Part shown: in pieces, positions 52,122-61,098 of the stretch
How positions within the stretch are numbered: position 1 is the first letter of the stretch
Layout: each line of letters begins with the position of its first letter
From: Escherichia phage vB_EcoM_LNA4
DNA: 64,000 bases
Reading direction: 5' to 3' (one strand)
Sequence record: MZ311864.1
Position numbers and translations under genes: made by a program
The notes under the pieces: model-generated
Seen by the model: only the letters and a program-made list of their open reading frames with translations
Databases searched by the model: none
What the model was told of the DNA's origin: nothing

Positions 52122-54260
52122 ATGGCAGAACTATTACCTACCGTCAAGATTTCGGACCTGCCGACTGCGACGGATTCTTTCGAGGGAGATTTTCTGGTTG
52201 TTGACCAATCGGATGCTACACGTAAATCCACATGGTCAAGCCTGTTTTCCCGCTTCGGTGTTATGCGTATGTTCTCATTCCAGGATGGTGGTACGCTGAC
52301 CTCCGCTAAGGACCAGGTAATTGACCGAACAACCAACAAGGTATACCAGTGGACGGGGACTTACCCTAAGCTGGTCCCTGCTAACTCAACCCCGGAAAGC
52401 ACCGGGGGTGTTGGCACCGGAGGGTGGTCAGTTAACGATCCTTCTCTCCGTGGAGACCTTGCCGGGATCAACGGATCAACCTACGTTGGTGGCCCTGCGG
52501 GTACGGTGGCACAATCCCTTGATGGGTTTGTAACACCCTCTCAGTTTGTTGGGAAATACCCATCAACAAGTGAAGCAGTAACTGCAATGGTTGCTTATGC
52601 GAAAACCAACAAGAAAGCTATTCTGGCTTGGGGCTGGGAACTGACACTAGAGACAAGTGTTTACATCGACGGTGTAGAGTGGTATGGTGGTGCATTCAAC
52701 CAGTCCGGCGGTAACCGCTATATGTACTTGTCAAACAGTACATTCCGTTGGACTACCTTTACTGGGGTTTGTACCCGCCACTACGGTGGGCGACTGATCA
52801 TCACTGATTCTGCTTGGTTAAACAACACAAACACAGCAGCAATGCTGATTCAGGCACTCCCTGTTGATGGTACAATTGACATTCTTGACAGTGATTTCCG
52901 TGGGTGTAAATACGGTATCCTGCAACAAGGTACTGGCGCTCTGATCACCCGTGCTCGTTTTGCTCGACTGAACTTCAATGATTTGACAGGCGATGCGATT
53001 GAGTGTAACGTTGTTAACCGTCACTACAAAGCGGGTGGTTTGACAATCGAAGATATCAACATTGACAATATCAACAACACAGACAACTCTCCTAACTGGG
53101 GTATCGGTATCGGTGTTGCTGGTCAGGGTCCATACGGTGCCAACGCTTCCGATGACCAGTACGTCAGTGGGATCATCATTCGTAACGTCAAGATGCGCCG
53201 TGTACGTCAGTGTATCCACTTCGAACTTTGCCGAGATTTCAAGGTAGAGAACGTAGAGGTTTACCCGGACGCTTCCGTTTCTAACGGTACACTTCTGGCA
53301 TCGGGCGGTGTTGTTTGCTACGGCTCTAAAGACTTCATCATTGATGGTGTTCGTGGAGAGATGGTTAATGGTGCAACACGCTTCATTTACTTTGGTTGGG
53401 GTGTTAACGCCGGAACATATGCTGCTCCGTGTCGTGACTTTACGTTGAGAAACGTTAGAACCCACACTGGGCTGGTAGACATCCCTGTGAGTGCCAGAGA
53501 TGACTGGACTAACACTGTGACGGTTGAGGATGTCGAGTGCGACACCTTCAAATACCGTGGTCTTGTTTCACGTCTTCGTCTTGCAGACATCCGTTGCAAT
53601 CTCTTTGATGGTATCGGTGACTACGAGGCAGGCCAAGGTGAGGCAGGTGGGGCTATGAAACGCTGGGCTTGGTGTTCTGCCGAGATCCTGAATATCAACA
53701 GCCTTGATGCTAACGGTGTTGCGAACGGTAGTTTTGGACAGGTTGGCTTCGACCATGTTACGACATACGGTTGTAACTTTGACGTAGTTCAACACTCCAA
53801 GACAAATGGTAACCGTGGTGTTACACTGTTGAACGCTGGGAACATTTACATCGCTGATAACGACCTTTTCCCACAAGGTAAAGAGTTCGTGAAAGGTGAC
53901 ATCATTCTTAAAAAGACTGGTGGTTTATTCGTTGTTGAAACTGGAGGTTCCTACATTGAAGCAAATGACTTTATCCGTGCTACAACAGTCGGATCTAAGA
54001 CCATTCAATGTGCTGCCGATTCCGGAGTAAGTCAGCCTTGGGCGACTCGTGCGTTTAAATCCGCAGGTCTCCAGTTGACCATCCCAGGAGCAGGCGCTGG
54101 AGGTACAGACCTGAAGACAACCGTCATTCGCGCTCCATATCAAAACGGGGCCTGGACAACACCGTTCTATCTGGATATTGCTGATCCTATTCAGACAGCC
54201 ACTCCTGATAATACGGCTCTTGTTTCAACAAACCCGGTAGTATACAGCGAAAGGACTTAA
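52122..54260 (+). CDS. tailspike-like protein (N-terminal anchor + beta-helix-like body)
   Basis: 712 aa; N-terminus paralogous to the ORF at 48649; the body has many Gly/Asn/Val-rich repeats typical of beta-helix tailspikes. Confidence 0.45.
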   Translation: MAELLPTVKISDLPTATDSFEGDFLVVDQSDATRKSTWSSLFSRFGVMRMFSFQDGGTLTSAKDQVIDRTTNKVYQWTGTYPKLVPANSTPESTGGVGTGGWSVNDPSLRGDLAGINGSTYVGGPAGTVAQSLDGFVTPSQFVGKYPSTSEAVTAMVAYAKTNKKAILAWGWELTLETSVYIDGVEWYGGAFNQSGGNRYMYLSNSTFRWTTFTGVCTRHYGGRLIITDSAWLNNTNTAAMLIQALPVDGTIDILDSDFRGCKYGILQQGTGALITRARFARLNFNDLTGDAIECNVVNRHYKAGGLTIEDINIDNINNTDNSPNWGIGIGVAGQGPYGANASDDQYVSGIIIRNVKMRRVRQCIHFELCRDFKVENVEVYPDASVSNGTLLASGGVVCYGSKDFIIDGVRGEMVNGATRFIYFGWGVNAGTYAAPCRDFTLRNVRTHTGLVDIPVSARDDWTNTVTVEDVECDTFKYRGLVSRLRLADIRCNLFDGIGDYEAGQGEAGGAMKRWAWCSAEILNINSLDANGVANGSFGQVGFDHVTTYGCNFDVVQHSKTNGNRGVTLLNAGNIYIADNDLFPQGKEFVKGDIILKKTGGLFVVETGGSYIEANDFIRATTVGSKTIQCAADSGVSQPWATRAFKSAGLQLTIPGAGAGGTDLKTTVIRAPYQNGAWTTPFYLDIADPIQTATPDNTALVSTNPVVYSERT

Positions 54261-54267
54261 ATAACAA

Positions 54268-54288
54268 GGGGCTTCGGCCCCTTTTCTC
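54268..54288 (+). terminator. rho-independent terminator GGGGC-TTCG-GCCCC + T-run
   Basis: Immediately after the tailspike stop. Confidence 0.6.
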
Positions 54289-54368
54289 ATTATAAGCCTT
54301 TATAATTAAATCACAATATGATAAAATAGCAACATCTTAGAGCAAAAATCTAGCAAGAGGAGGCGTTC

Positions 54369-55862
54369 GTGGCTGCTCAATATGGATTAAACGACTACGG
54401 CTTTGCGATCCCATCCCTTGATGATCTAATCGCAGATACAAAGCAGTCACTAATCCGAACTTTCGGTGAGAACTTCAACACACAGTCAAACACTATTGTT
54501 GATAAGCTTACCACAATTTTGAATGAAAGGGAGTACCAGTTAATCCTTCTGGCTGCGGCTGTGTATTCTGCACAGACCCTTGCAGGTGCTGAAGGTATTT
54601 ACCTGGATGAACTGCTTGGTCGTCGTGGTATTTATCGTCGTGGGAAAACAAGAGGCTCCGGTACGGTACAGATGGTTGTAAACAACACTGTGCCATACAA
54701 CATGATCTACAGTGCTGCAACATATAGCATCGACAGTGGCAACTTCGTACTTAACCAAGACACCCCGGTAGCTGGTAATATCCTTGCACAGCAAATCCTG
54801 AACCCGGACTGGGTGCTTGGTAACTACACCTTCCAGATGATGAACCAGAATGATGGTACAACTAAGACAATGGCCCTGACCCTGAGCAACAAAACGCCTA
54901 ACAGCGCTCAGATGAATGCCTTTATGTCTTCCATCAAAGACTTTATCATCCAGAACACCACGCAGTTAAACGAAGACAGAATCTTCATTGATTCTGCCAA
55001 CGGTGCTCTGTATATTGGTTATGATGCCAACAAAAAAATGATCGGTCTTAACAGCCGTGTTGATTTTCGTTCCTCCCCAGTTATCGGGCAGAGAACGATC
55101 ACGATGGATGTTATTGCCGCTGAAGCTGGTGAGATCTCTCGTGAAGCAAACACCGTAACAAACATCAGCCCAACCCCAAGTGGCTTTATCAGTATGACGA
55201 ACATGGCTGCATTTAACGATGGGTCAGACGTTGAAACCGATACAGACTACAAGGTCCGTGCTGCTAACAGTACAGCCGCTGGCGCTGCTGCTACCCGTCC
55301 TGCTGTCATCTCTGCTGTTCTTAACGTAGAGGGTGTCAGCAAGGTCCGTGTGTTCTCTAACAACACCGGATCAACGGATCAGTATGGTGTGCCTGCATAT
55401 AAGTTCGAAACTGTTGTGTATGGTGGTTCAACTGAGGATATCAGTCAAGCGCTTTATAACACAATTGCATTATCCAACGCAACCTATGGTAATGTCTTCT
55501 ATGATATCACCACAGAGGATGATCAGACAGAACGAATTTTCCACAGTAAGGCTCAGGCCCGTGAACTCGCACTTCGCGTTCGTTACAAAGGGAAACTTCT
55601 CTCAGTCACAGAGCAAAACACAATCAAAGATGCTTTGAAGGCAGTTGTTGATCCTTTAAACATCGCAGACACCCTGTACAACATTCAGTTGGTATCTGCG
55701 GTAGGTTCTTCAATCTCTCCTGGTCGATTCACTCAACTGTTTGTTGATGTAAAGAATGTTGGTCAACCAGACAGTTCCTACACAAACAGCGATGTGGTGG
55801 CCGGGATGACACAAGTCTTCGCACTGGATACAGACGACATCACCTTCCAGCAAATCATCTAA
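54369..55862 (+). CDS. baseplate protein (J-like)
   Basis: 497-aa ORF with GTG start after AGGAGG; position upstream of the fibre genes. Confidence 0.35.
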   Translation: MAAQYGLNDYGFAIPSLDDLIADTKQSLIRTFGENFNTQSNTIVDKLTTILNEREYQLILLAAAVYSAQTLAGAEGIYLDELLGRRGIYRRGKTRGSGTVQMVVNNTVPYNMIYSAATYSIDSGNFVLNQDTPVAGNILAQQILNPDWVLGNYTFQMMNQNDGTTKTMALTLSNKTPNSAQMNAFMSSIKDFIIQNTTQLNEDRIFIDSANGALYIGYDANKKMIGLNSRVDFRSSPVIGQRTITMDVIAAEAGEISREANTVTNISPTPSGFISMTNMAAFNDGSDVETDTDYKVRAANSTAAGAAATRPAVISAVLNVEGVSKVRVFSNNTGSTDQYGVPAYKFETVVYGGSTEDISQALYNTIALSNATYGNVFYDITTEDDQTERIFHSKAQARELALRVRYKGKLLSVTEQNTIKDALKAVVDPLNIADTLYNIQLVSAVGSSISPGRFTQLFVDVKNVGQPDSSYTNSDVVAGMTQVFALDTDDITFQQII

Positions 55863-55872
55863 CGAGGTAAGC

Positions 55873-56505
55873 ATGGCAGATTATCTAAAGGATGTCAACC
55901 ACATCCATACTCTGCCAGATTTCGTACAGGGTGGTATTGATTACCTCCCTGGCGATTTTCTGAAAGAGAAAGAAAACCTTGTCAAGTTCATGACGGTATA
56001 TCTCGAAAGACTTAAAGCAATTGACGAAATGTGGGTCAATCTGTCTGAAGGTAGATTACTGAAGAATGCAACTGGTGTCAACCTCGATGAGATTGGCAAG
56101 CAGGTGGGGATTGAGCGTAACGGTCTTAGCGATATGAACTATCGTGCGATCATCATCATCCTCCTTGCGAGTGCTGCGAAGCACGGTACAAGACCAGAGG
56201 TTATTGACACACTTGACCAACTGTTCGGGACAGGAAATTTCACCACGTATAAGGGTGACAACTACCGTTTCGACATTAACATTTCAAAGACGTGTTTTGA
56301 ATTGGAGACAGCCCTCCAGGAAATCCAAGACATGTTGCCTATGCCTACCCACCTGAGACTCACAGAGTCCAGCGGTACGGCTTTTGGTTTCTCAGGCGAT
56401 AAGTATGCACTTGGGTTTGGTTCAGTCCACTCAGGTGGTCGTACAGGTGAAGGTGGCCTTGCACACCTGACATATACGTCTGATGAAGAGAATACCTTGA
56501 TTTAA
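55873..56505 (+). CDS. baseplate/tail protein
   Basis: 210-aa ORF between the J-like and fibre genes. Confidence 0.35.
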   Translation: MADYLKDVNHIHTLPDFVQGGIDYLPGDFLKEKENLVKFMTVYLERLKAIDEMWVNLSEGRLLKNATGVNLDEIGKQVGIERNGLSDMNYRAIIIILLASAAKHGTRPEVIDTLDQLFGTGNFTTYKGDNYRFDINISKTCFELETALQEIQDMLPMPTHLRLTESSGTAFGFSGDKYALGFGSVHSGGRTGEGGLAHLTYTSDEENTLI

Positions 56506-56516
56506 GGGAGATAGCA

Positions 56517-57629
56517 ATGGCAGCGCCAACAGTACCTATTGAAATTTGGGCCTATGGGAACATTGTCCTCCCTAATACCCACGAGTTAAACAAATCCCGT
56601 CCTATTGATGACCTTTGGAACAAAGGTTGGGACATGGGTGAAAAACCTTCTTGCGAAGAGTTCAACTATGTGCTAAACATGGTTACGGCATGGGCCAAGT
56701 ACATCACTGGTGAACAGATCCCCGCTCTTGATAGCCGATTCCTACGTGTTACTCAGAACTTGGCTGATGTACCCAACAAGGCCACTGCTCGTACAAACCT
56801 CGATGTGTGGAGCAAGGGAGAGTCCGACACGCGTTATGTGAATGTGTCTGGTGACACCATGACCGGGAACCTTTCTGTTCCTCGTTTAGATTTGCAGGCA
56901 TCTTCTTCTGACTTTGCCTACATCACCACAACTAACCCAGCATCTGACTGGACATACTTTGATTTTGTTCTTGGTGATAATCCAGGGACGGCAGGGTCTT
57001 CCGGTGTTGATACAATGCGTTTCCGCTTCACACCTTCTGGTGGCAGCATCTTTAACATGATGGAGCTGAACGCTATCAGCGCCACTGCTGCCCTGTGTCG
57101 TGTAACAGGTAACATCATCGCGAGCGGAAGTATTCAGGGTTCTTCAATGACAGCAACCTCTGCAACTTTCACGAACGGTACAGTAAGCAACACCTGGACG
57201 GTAAACACCCTCCAGTCAACAACAACCCGTGCGACCAACGTTGTGGCTACAAACAACGTATCCACCGGGACACTGAACGTAAGCTCAACAACCACAACTG
57301 CTAACCTTGTTGTCCAGAACAACAGTGCAACGGTTGGTGGTCGTCACGTTGTCCGTGCTGTGAACGGTAACACTGCTGATGGTAACGGTAACGTAACAAT
57401 CTCCCTGCCTCCGCAAGGTGTTCAGGATGTTCGTCTGGGTTCAGAGATCTCTACGAACCGTTATTCTCTTGGTGGTGAATCCTTTGTGTATCGTGCGCCT
57501 GGGGGATGTGTTGTGACAGGTTTCAACATCTGGTCAAAATCTGGTAACAACGATGAATTCCGCGATATGTATTCTCGCCCAATCCAGAAGTATATCAACG
57601 GCGGTTGGTACACAATCGGACAGCTCTAA
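56517..57629 (+). CDS. tail fibre protein
   Basis: 370-aa Thr/Asn/Val/Gly-rich protein followed by a chaperone-sized ORF. Confidence 0.45.
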   Translation: MAAPTVPIEIWAYGNIVLPNTHELNKSRPIDDLWNKGWDMGEKPSCEEFNYVLNMVTAWAKYITGEQIPALDSRFLRVTQNLADVPNKATARTNLDVWSKGESDTRYVNVSGDTMTGNLSVPRLDLQASSSDFAYITTTNPASDWTYFDFVLGDNPGTAGSSGVDTMRFRFTPSGGSIFNMMELNAISATAALCRVTGNIIASGSIQGSSMTATSATFTNGTVSNTWTVNTLQSTTTRATNVVATNNVSTGTLNVSSTTTTANLVVQNNSATVGGRHVVRAVNGNTADGNGNVTISLPPQGVQDVRLGSEISTNRYSLGGESFVYRAPGGCVVTGFNIWSKSGNNDEFRDMYSRPIQKYINGGWYTIGQL

Positions 57630-57640
57630 CAGGAGGCTAA

Positions 57641-58156
57641 ATGGTACACCTTAAGAATGTGGAGATCTATACTCCTGAGAAAGTACCTGAAGAACTCGCA
57701 ACCTACGGGGTGATGTTCTTTAGATCTGAGGATGGTCAGGATTTCTACGAGGCCATCAAAGACATGAAAGAAGACACAATGAAGGTCTTATACGCAGATG
57801 GTATTGTAACAGGGTTTTCCCTTGATGCAAGCTCTCTGTATCCACCGGGTGCCTCTCTCGTTGAGGTCCCTCTGGATAAAGTCCCTGCGGATCTTGAACT
57901 TGGTCGGAAATATCTCTTTGATGCAAAGACTCTCAAATTCAAAGTCAACCCTGACTTCTTGACAAGAGATCTTGACATCCAGAAGCAAAACCTACTGGCG
58001 CTGGCGAACGATAAGATCGCCCAGTATCAGGATAAGGTGGATCTGGAGACCGCTACCAAGGGAGAGGTAACCGCCCTTAAGAACTGGAAAGCCTATAGAA
58101 TCAAAGTTCGTGAAGCGACTGACGTGGGTTCTCTACCAAAACAACCACGCGTGTAA
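57641..58156 (+). CDS. tail fibre assembly protein (chaperone)
   Basis: 171-aa ORF directly downstream of a fibre gene. Confidence 0.35.
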   Translation: MVHLKNVEIYTPEKVPEELATYGVMFFRSEDGQDFYEAIKDMKEDTMKVLYADGIVTGFSLDASSLYPPGASLVEVPLDKVPADLELGRKYLFDAKTLKFKVNPDFLTRDLDIQKQNLLALANDKIAQYQDKVDLETATKGEVTALKNWKAYRIKVREATDVGSLPKQPRV

Positions 58157-58165
58157 GGAGCTACC

Positions 58166-58480
58166 ATGTCCATTGATCTATTTGCTATCCTGAAAGCTGT
58201 CTGGGGCGTTGTCACGTTTGTCCTGATTGGTGTCCTTAGAATCACATACTCCGATTACAAAAAAACGCAAGAACGCCTTGATGAACTTGATAAAGATATC
58301 ATAAGGATTAAGGCAGAGATGGTCACAAAAGAGAAACTGGATGAGATTCTGGATAAGAAACTCAAGACTGTTCGTGATGACGTTTCAGAATTGCGTAAGG
58401 ACATCAAAGAAGACGTGGGTGATCTGAGAGCAGACCTGAGCAATCAGTTTAAAATGCTCATGGAGCGTCAACTTAGATGA
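58166..58480 (+). CDS. membrane protein (one transmembrane helix + coiled coil)
   Basis: Hydrophobic segment LFAILKAVWGVVTFVLIGVL then a charged coiled coil. Confidence 0.4.
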   Translation: MSIDLFAILKAVWGVVTFVLIGVLRITYSDYKKTQERLDELDKDIIRIKAEMVTKEKLDEILDKKLKTVRDDVSELRKDIKEDVGDLRADLSNQFKMLMERQLR

Positions 58481-58950
58481 TAAGTTCAGCACTGTATTTT
58501 ATTTGCTTTGCAGTGCTGCTGCTTAACGCTGACAAGGGAATACGGATCATGTCGATTTTTGGTATGATCCATATTCTTTTAGAGAATGCACTGTACTGGT
58601 GGTTCTCTGCTCACGGCGTTTATTTTGATTTGTCGTTGTATATGACCCTGTGTTGGTTGCTCGACATCGCCCTTTTATTCGGTACAGCGTGTGTATTGTC
58701 GGGATGGAAGAAGAAGTTGACACTTTCAGTGTCAGTTCCGATACTCTTCTGCCAGATAATAGTCATGCAATTTCCATTCCTCTTACCCTTTGCATTGAAC
58801 TTTGTCATCAACTCGTCATATCAGTCCTTAATGGAAGTGCTGATCCTTTGCGCCTCTTTCAAGGATAACACAATCAAAGAGTGGATAAAAACTGCAACAG
58901 TGGTAAGCCTCGTGGTTCTTGCAAGGTTCCTACCCATGTTAGTTCATTGA
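58477..58950 (+). CDS. polytopic membrane protein
   Basis: 157 aa with at least four hydrophobic helices. Confidence 0.4.
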   Translation: MISSALYFICFAVLLLNADKGIRIMSIFGMIHILLENALYWWFSAHGVYFDLSLYMTLCWLLDIALLFGTACVLSGWKKKLTLSVSVPILFCQIIVMQFPFLLPFALNFVINSSYQSLMEVLILCASFKDNTIKEWIKTATVVSLVVLARFLPMLVH

Positions 58951-58965
58951 GAATCTTGAGGAAAT

Positions 58966-59235
58966 ATGTTAAAATCAATAATGAAATTTTTGAAGGATCT
59001 CGTTAGGTCACCAGTTGATCCGGCGAAGGCCTCACACACAAAGTTCTGGAGCAATATCGGCCTGGCATCTATGACCGCAGTATTCCTCTATTGGGGATTC
59101 AAAGGCACGTTGACAGAGTGGTACATGTGGGTTTATGCACCCACTGTTGCTGCACCGCAACTTATCAGCAAACTCATCTCTCTCCGCTGGGGCGTAACAG
59201 AAGCCCAGCGCGAAGATCAAAAGTCAGACCAATAA
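58966..59235 (+). CDS. small membrane protein
   Basis: 89 aa with one central hydrophobic helix. Confidence 0.4.
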   Translation: MLKSIMKFLKDLVRSPVDPAKASHTKFWSNIGLASMTAVFLYWGFKGTLTEWYMWVYAPTVAAPQLISKLISLRWGVTEAQREDQKSDQ

Positions 59236-59245
59236 GGAGACTCTT

Positions 59246-61054
59246 GTGGCAGATATGACTCAATTTGAACAGGCTGTTGATCAGGTCATCGAAGACTCTG
59301 AACGCCTGCACAAAGTTGTCAACGGAACGGCTTCTGAAACTGTTGTTACTGAAGATGGTAGCACCATCCCAACAGTTCGTAAAGCACTTCTCGACAACTT
59401 ATTTTTCAAGACACCGCCTATTCCTTGGGTAGCCGGGTCTCAGGCAACGGTCTTTAACCAGCTTTACGCATTCAACGGTACAAATGGTATCCAGTGGTGG
59501 TATGCACCTGGTGCAACAGCAACCACCCCTGTAACCCTGCCTGCAAACCCATCTACCAGTGTAAGCTGGAGACTGTATAATGATGCGGCTGCGATGGCTT
59601 CCATCTATGCCCCTATCAACAGCCCGATCCTGACTGGTAACCCGCAGGCACCTACCCCTGCTGCTAACAGCAACAGCACCACGATTGCAACAACAGCCTT
59701 TGTGACAACAGCAATTGCAAGCGCACTGTCCAGCATCTCTGGTGGTAGCGTTACTTTTGCAAACGTAACTGTCTCTGGGGCAACAACACTGAATACCCTT
59801 ACCGTCAACGGCACAACTACGTTAAACGGTCCGGTGAACGCAGACAACTCTACGGGTCGTTTCCAGAACCTGATCTTGACTAAGCAGGCCTCCAGCCTGA
59901 CATTTGTCTACACAGATGCTGCTAACCCGACATTCTTCAAGACACGTCTTGATCCTTACGCGATCCAGACCCATAACCTGCAAACAGACATTATTGTCAA
60001 CGGTACAGTTTCCGCTGATGACACCACAATGTCAATGACGGGTGTTGGTAACAACGTCTTCGATTATGTTTATATTCGCGGTAATAACGCGAAAGATATC
60101 TCTGCTCCACGACTGAAAGTTTCAGGGATGACTGAGGTAGAGAACCTTCACATCACAGGCTCTGTAACTGGTTTAAGCTTCAGTGTAAATGGCTTAGATA
60201 TCAGCCCTAACTCTGTAACAACCACAGCAGGTATCACCGTAGGTTCCGATCTGCAAGTGAACGGGTCTGCAACGCTGGGGAACACCACGGTTTCAAGTCT
60301 TGAAGTGATCAATACCCTGAAGGTAGATGGTTCTACAACGCTTGTTGACTTCACAGCTTCAAGTGGTACAATCACAGGGCCTTTCACTGTCGGGGGACTA
60401 AGCAACCTGAATGGTGGTTTCACTACAGGATCAGCCAACGGTACAATCGGCGGCAACCTTTCTGTAACCGGATCAACAGAGCTTCTTTCTGGTCTGAATG
60501 TAACTGGCGATGTTGCGATCACTGGTAACCTATCAGCGACTGGCGATGTCAACCTGAATAACGGTTCCGGAACAACAACTGTCAACAACCTTGTGATCCA
60601 AGGTACTGTGACAGGGCTTACTGTTGACCTGACCGGACAATCCATCAGTGTGGCATCCTTGACCGCAACAGGATCTGTGACGACAGCAACACTGACTGTT
60701 CAGGATAGTGCAGACCTTCCTAATGCCCGTGTTGGATTCTTGACGCTGGTTGCGGAAGATGTTGAGAGTTCCACTGCGAACTGGACCCCAAGCGGGACAT
60801 CCAACATCTATACGGTTCTGGTTGACGCAGACCTGACAATCGGTGCATGGCCTTCTCCACCTAACGCATTCTCTGCAATGATTTACCTGACGCAGGATGC
60901 AACCGGAGGACACACGGTAACACTCGACCCTAACTATCTGGTGCTTAACAGCGAAACAATTAACCAGACAGCAGGGTCTGTGACTATTCTTCAACTTACC
61001 TACAACGGGGTTGAAGATGGGGTTATCGACACAGTGATTGTTCGTCGTCCATAA
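59246..61054 (+). CDS. tail fibre protein
   Basis: 602-aa Thr/Asn/Gly/Val-rich repetitive protein; GTG start after AAGGAG. Confidence 0.5.
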   Translation: MADMTQFEQAVDQVIEDSERLHKVVNGTASETVVTEDGSTIPTVRKALLDNLFFKTPPIPWVAGSQATVFNQLYAFNGTNGIQWWYAPGATATTPVTLPANPSTSVSWRLYNDAAAMASIYAPINSPILTGNPQAPTPAANSNSTTIATTAFVTTAIASALSSISGGSVTFANVTVSGATTLNTLTVNGTTTLNGPVNADNSTGRFQNLILTKQASSLTFVYTDAANPTFFKTRLDPYAIQTHNLQTDIIVNGTVSADDTTMSMTGVGNNVFDYVYIRGNNAKDISAPRLKVSGMTEVENLHITGSVTGLSFSVNGLDISPNSVTTTAGITVGSDLQVNGSATLGNTTVSSLEVINTLKVDGSTTLVDFTASSGTITGPFTVGGLSNLNGGFTTGSANGTIGGNLSVTGSTELLSGLNVTGDVAITGNLSATGDVNLNNGSGTTTVNNLVIQGTVTGLTVDLTGQSISVASLTATGSVTTATLTVQDSADLPNARVGFLTLVAEDVESSTANWTPSGTSNIYTVLVDADLTIGAWPSPPNAFSAMIYLTQDATGGHTVTLDPNYLVLNSETINQTAGSVTILQLTYNGVEDGVIDTVIVRRP

Positions 61055-61061
61055 TATCAGG

Positions 61062-61086
61062 GGCTGTCTTCGGACAGCCTTTTCTT
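61062..61086 (+). terminator. rho-independent terminator GGCTGTC-TTCG-GACAGCC + T-run
   Basis: Immediately after the fibre stop. Confidence 0.6.
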
Positions 61087-61098
61087 TAGGAGGTTTTA

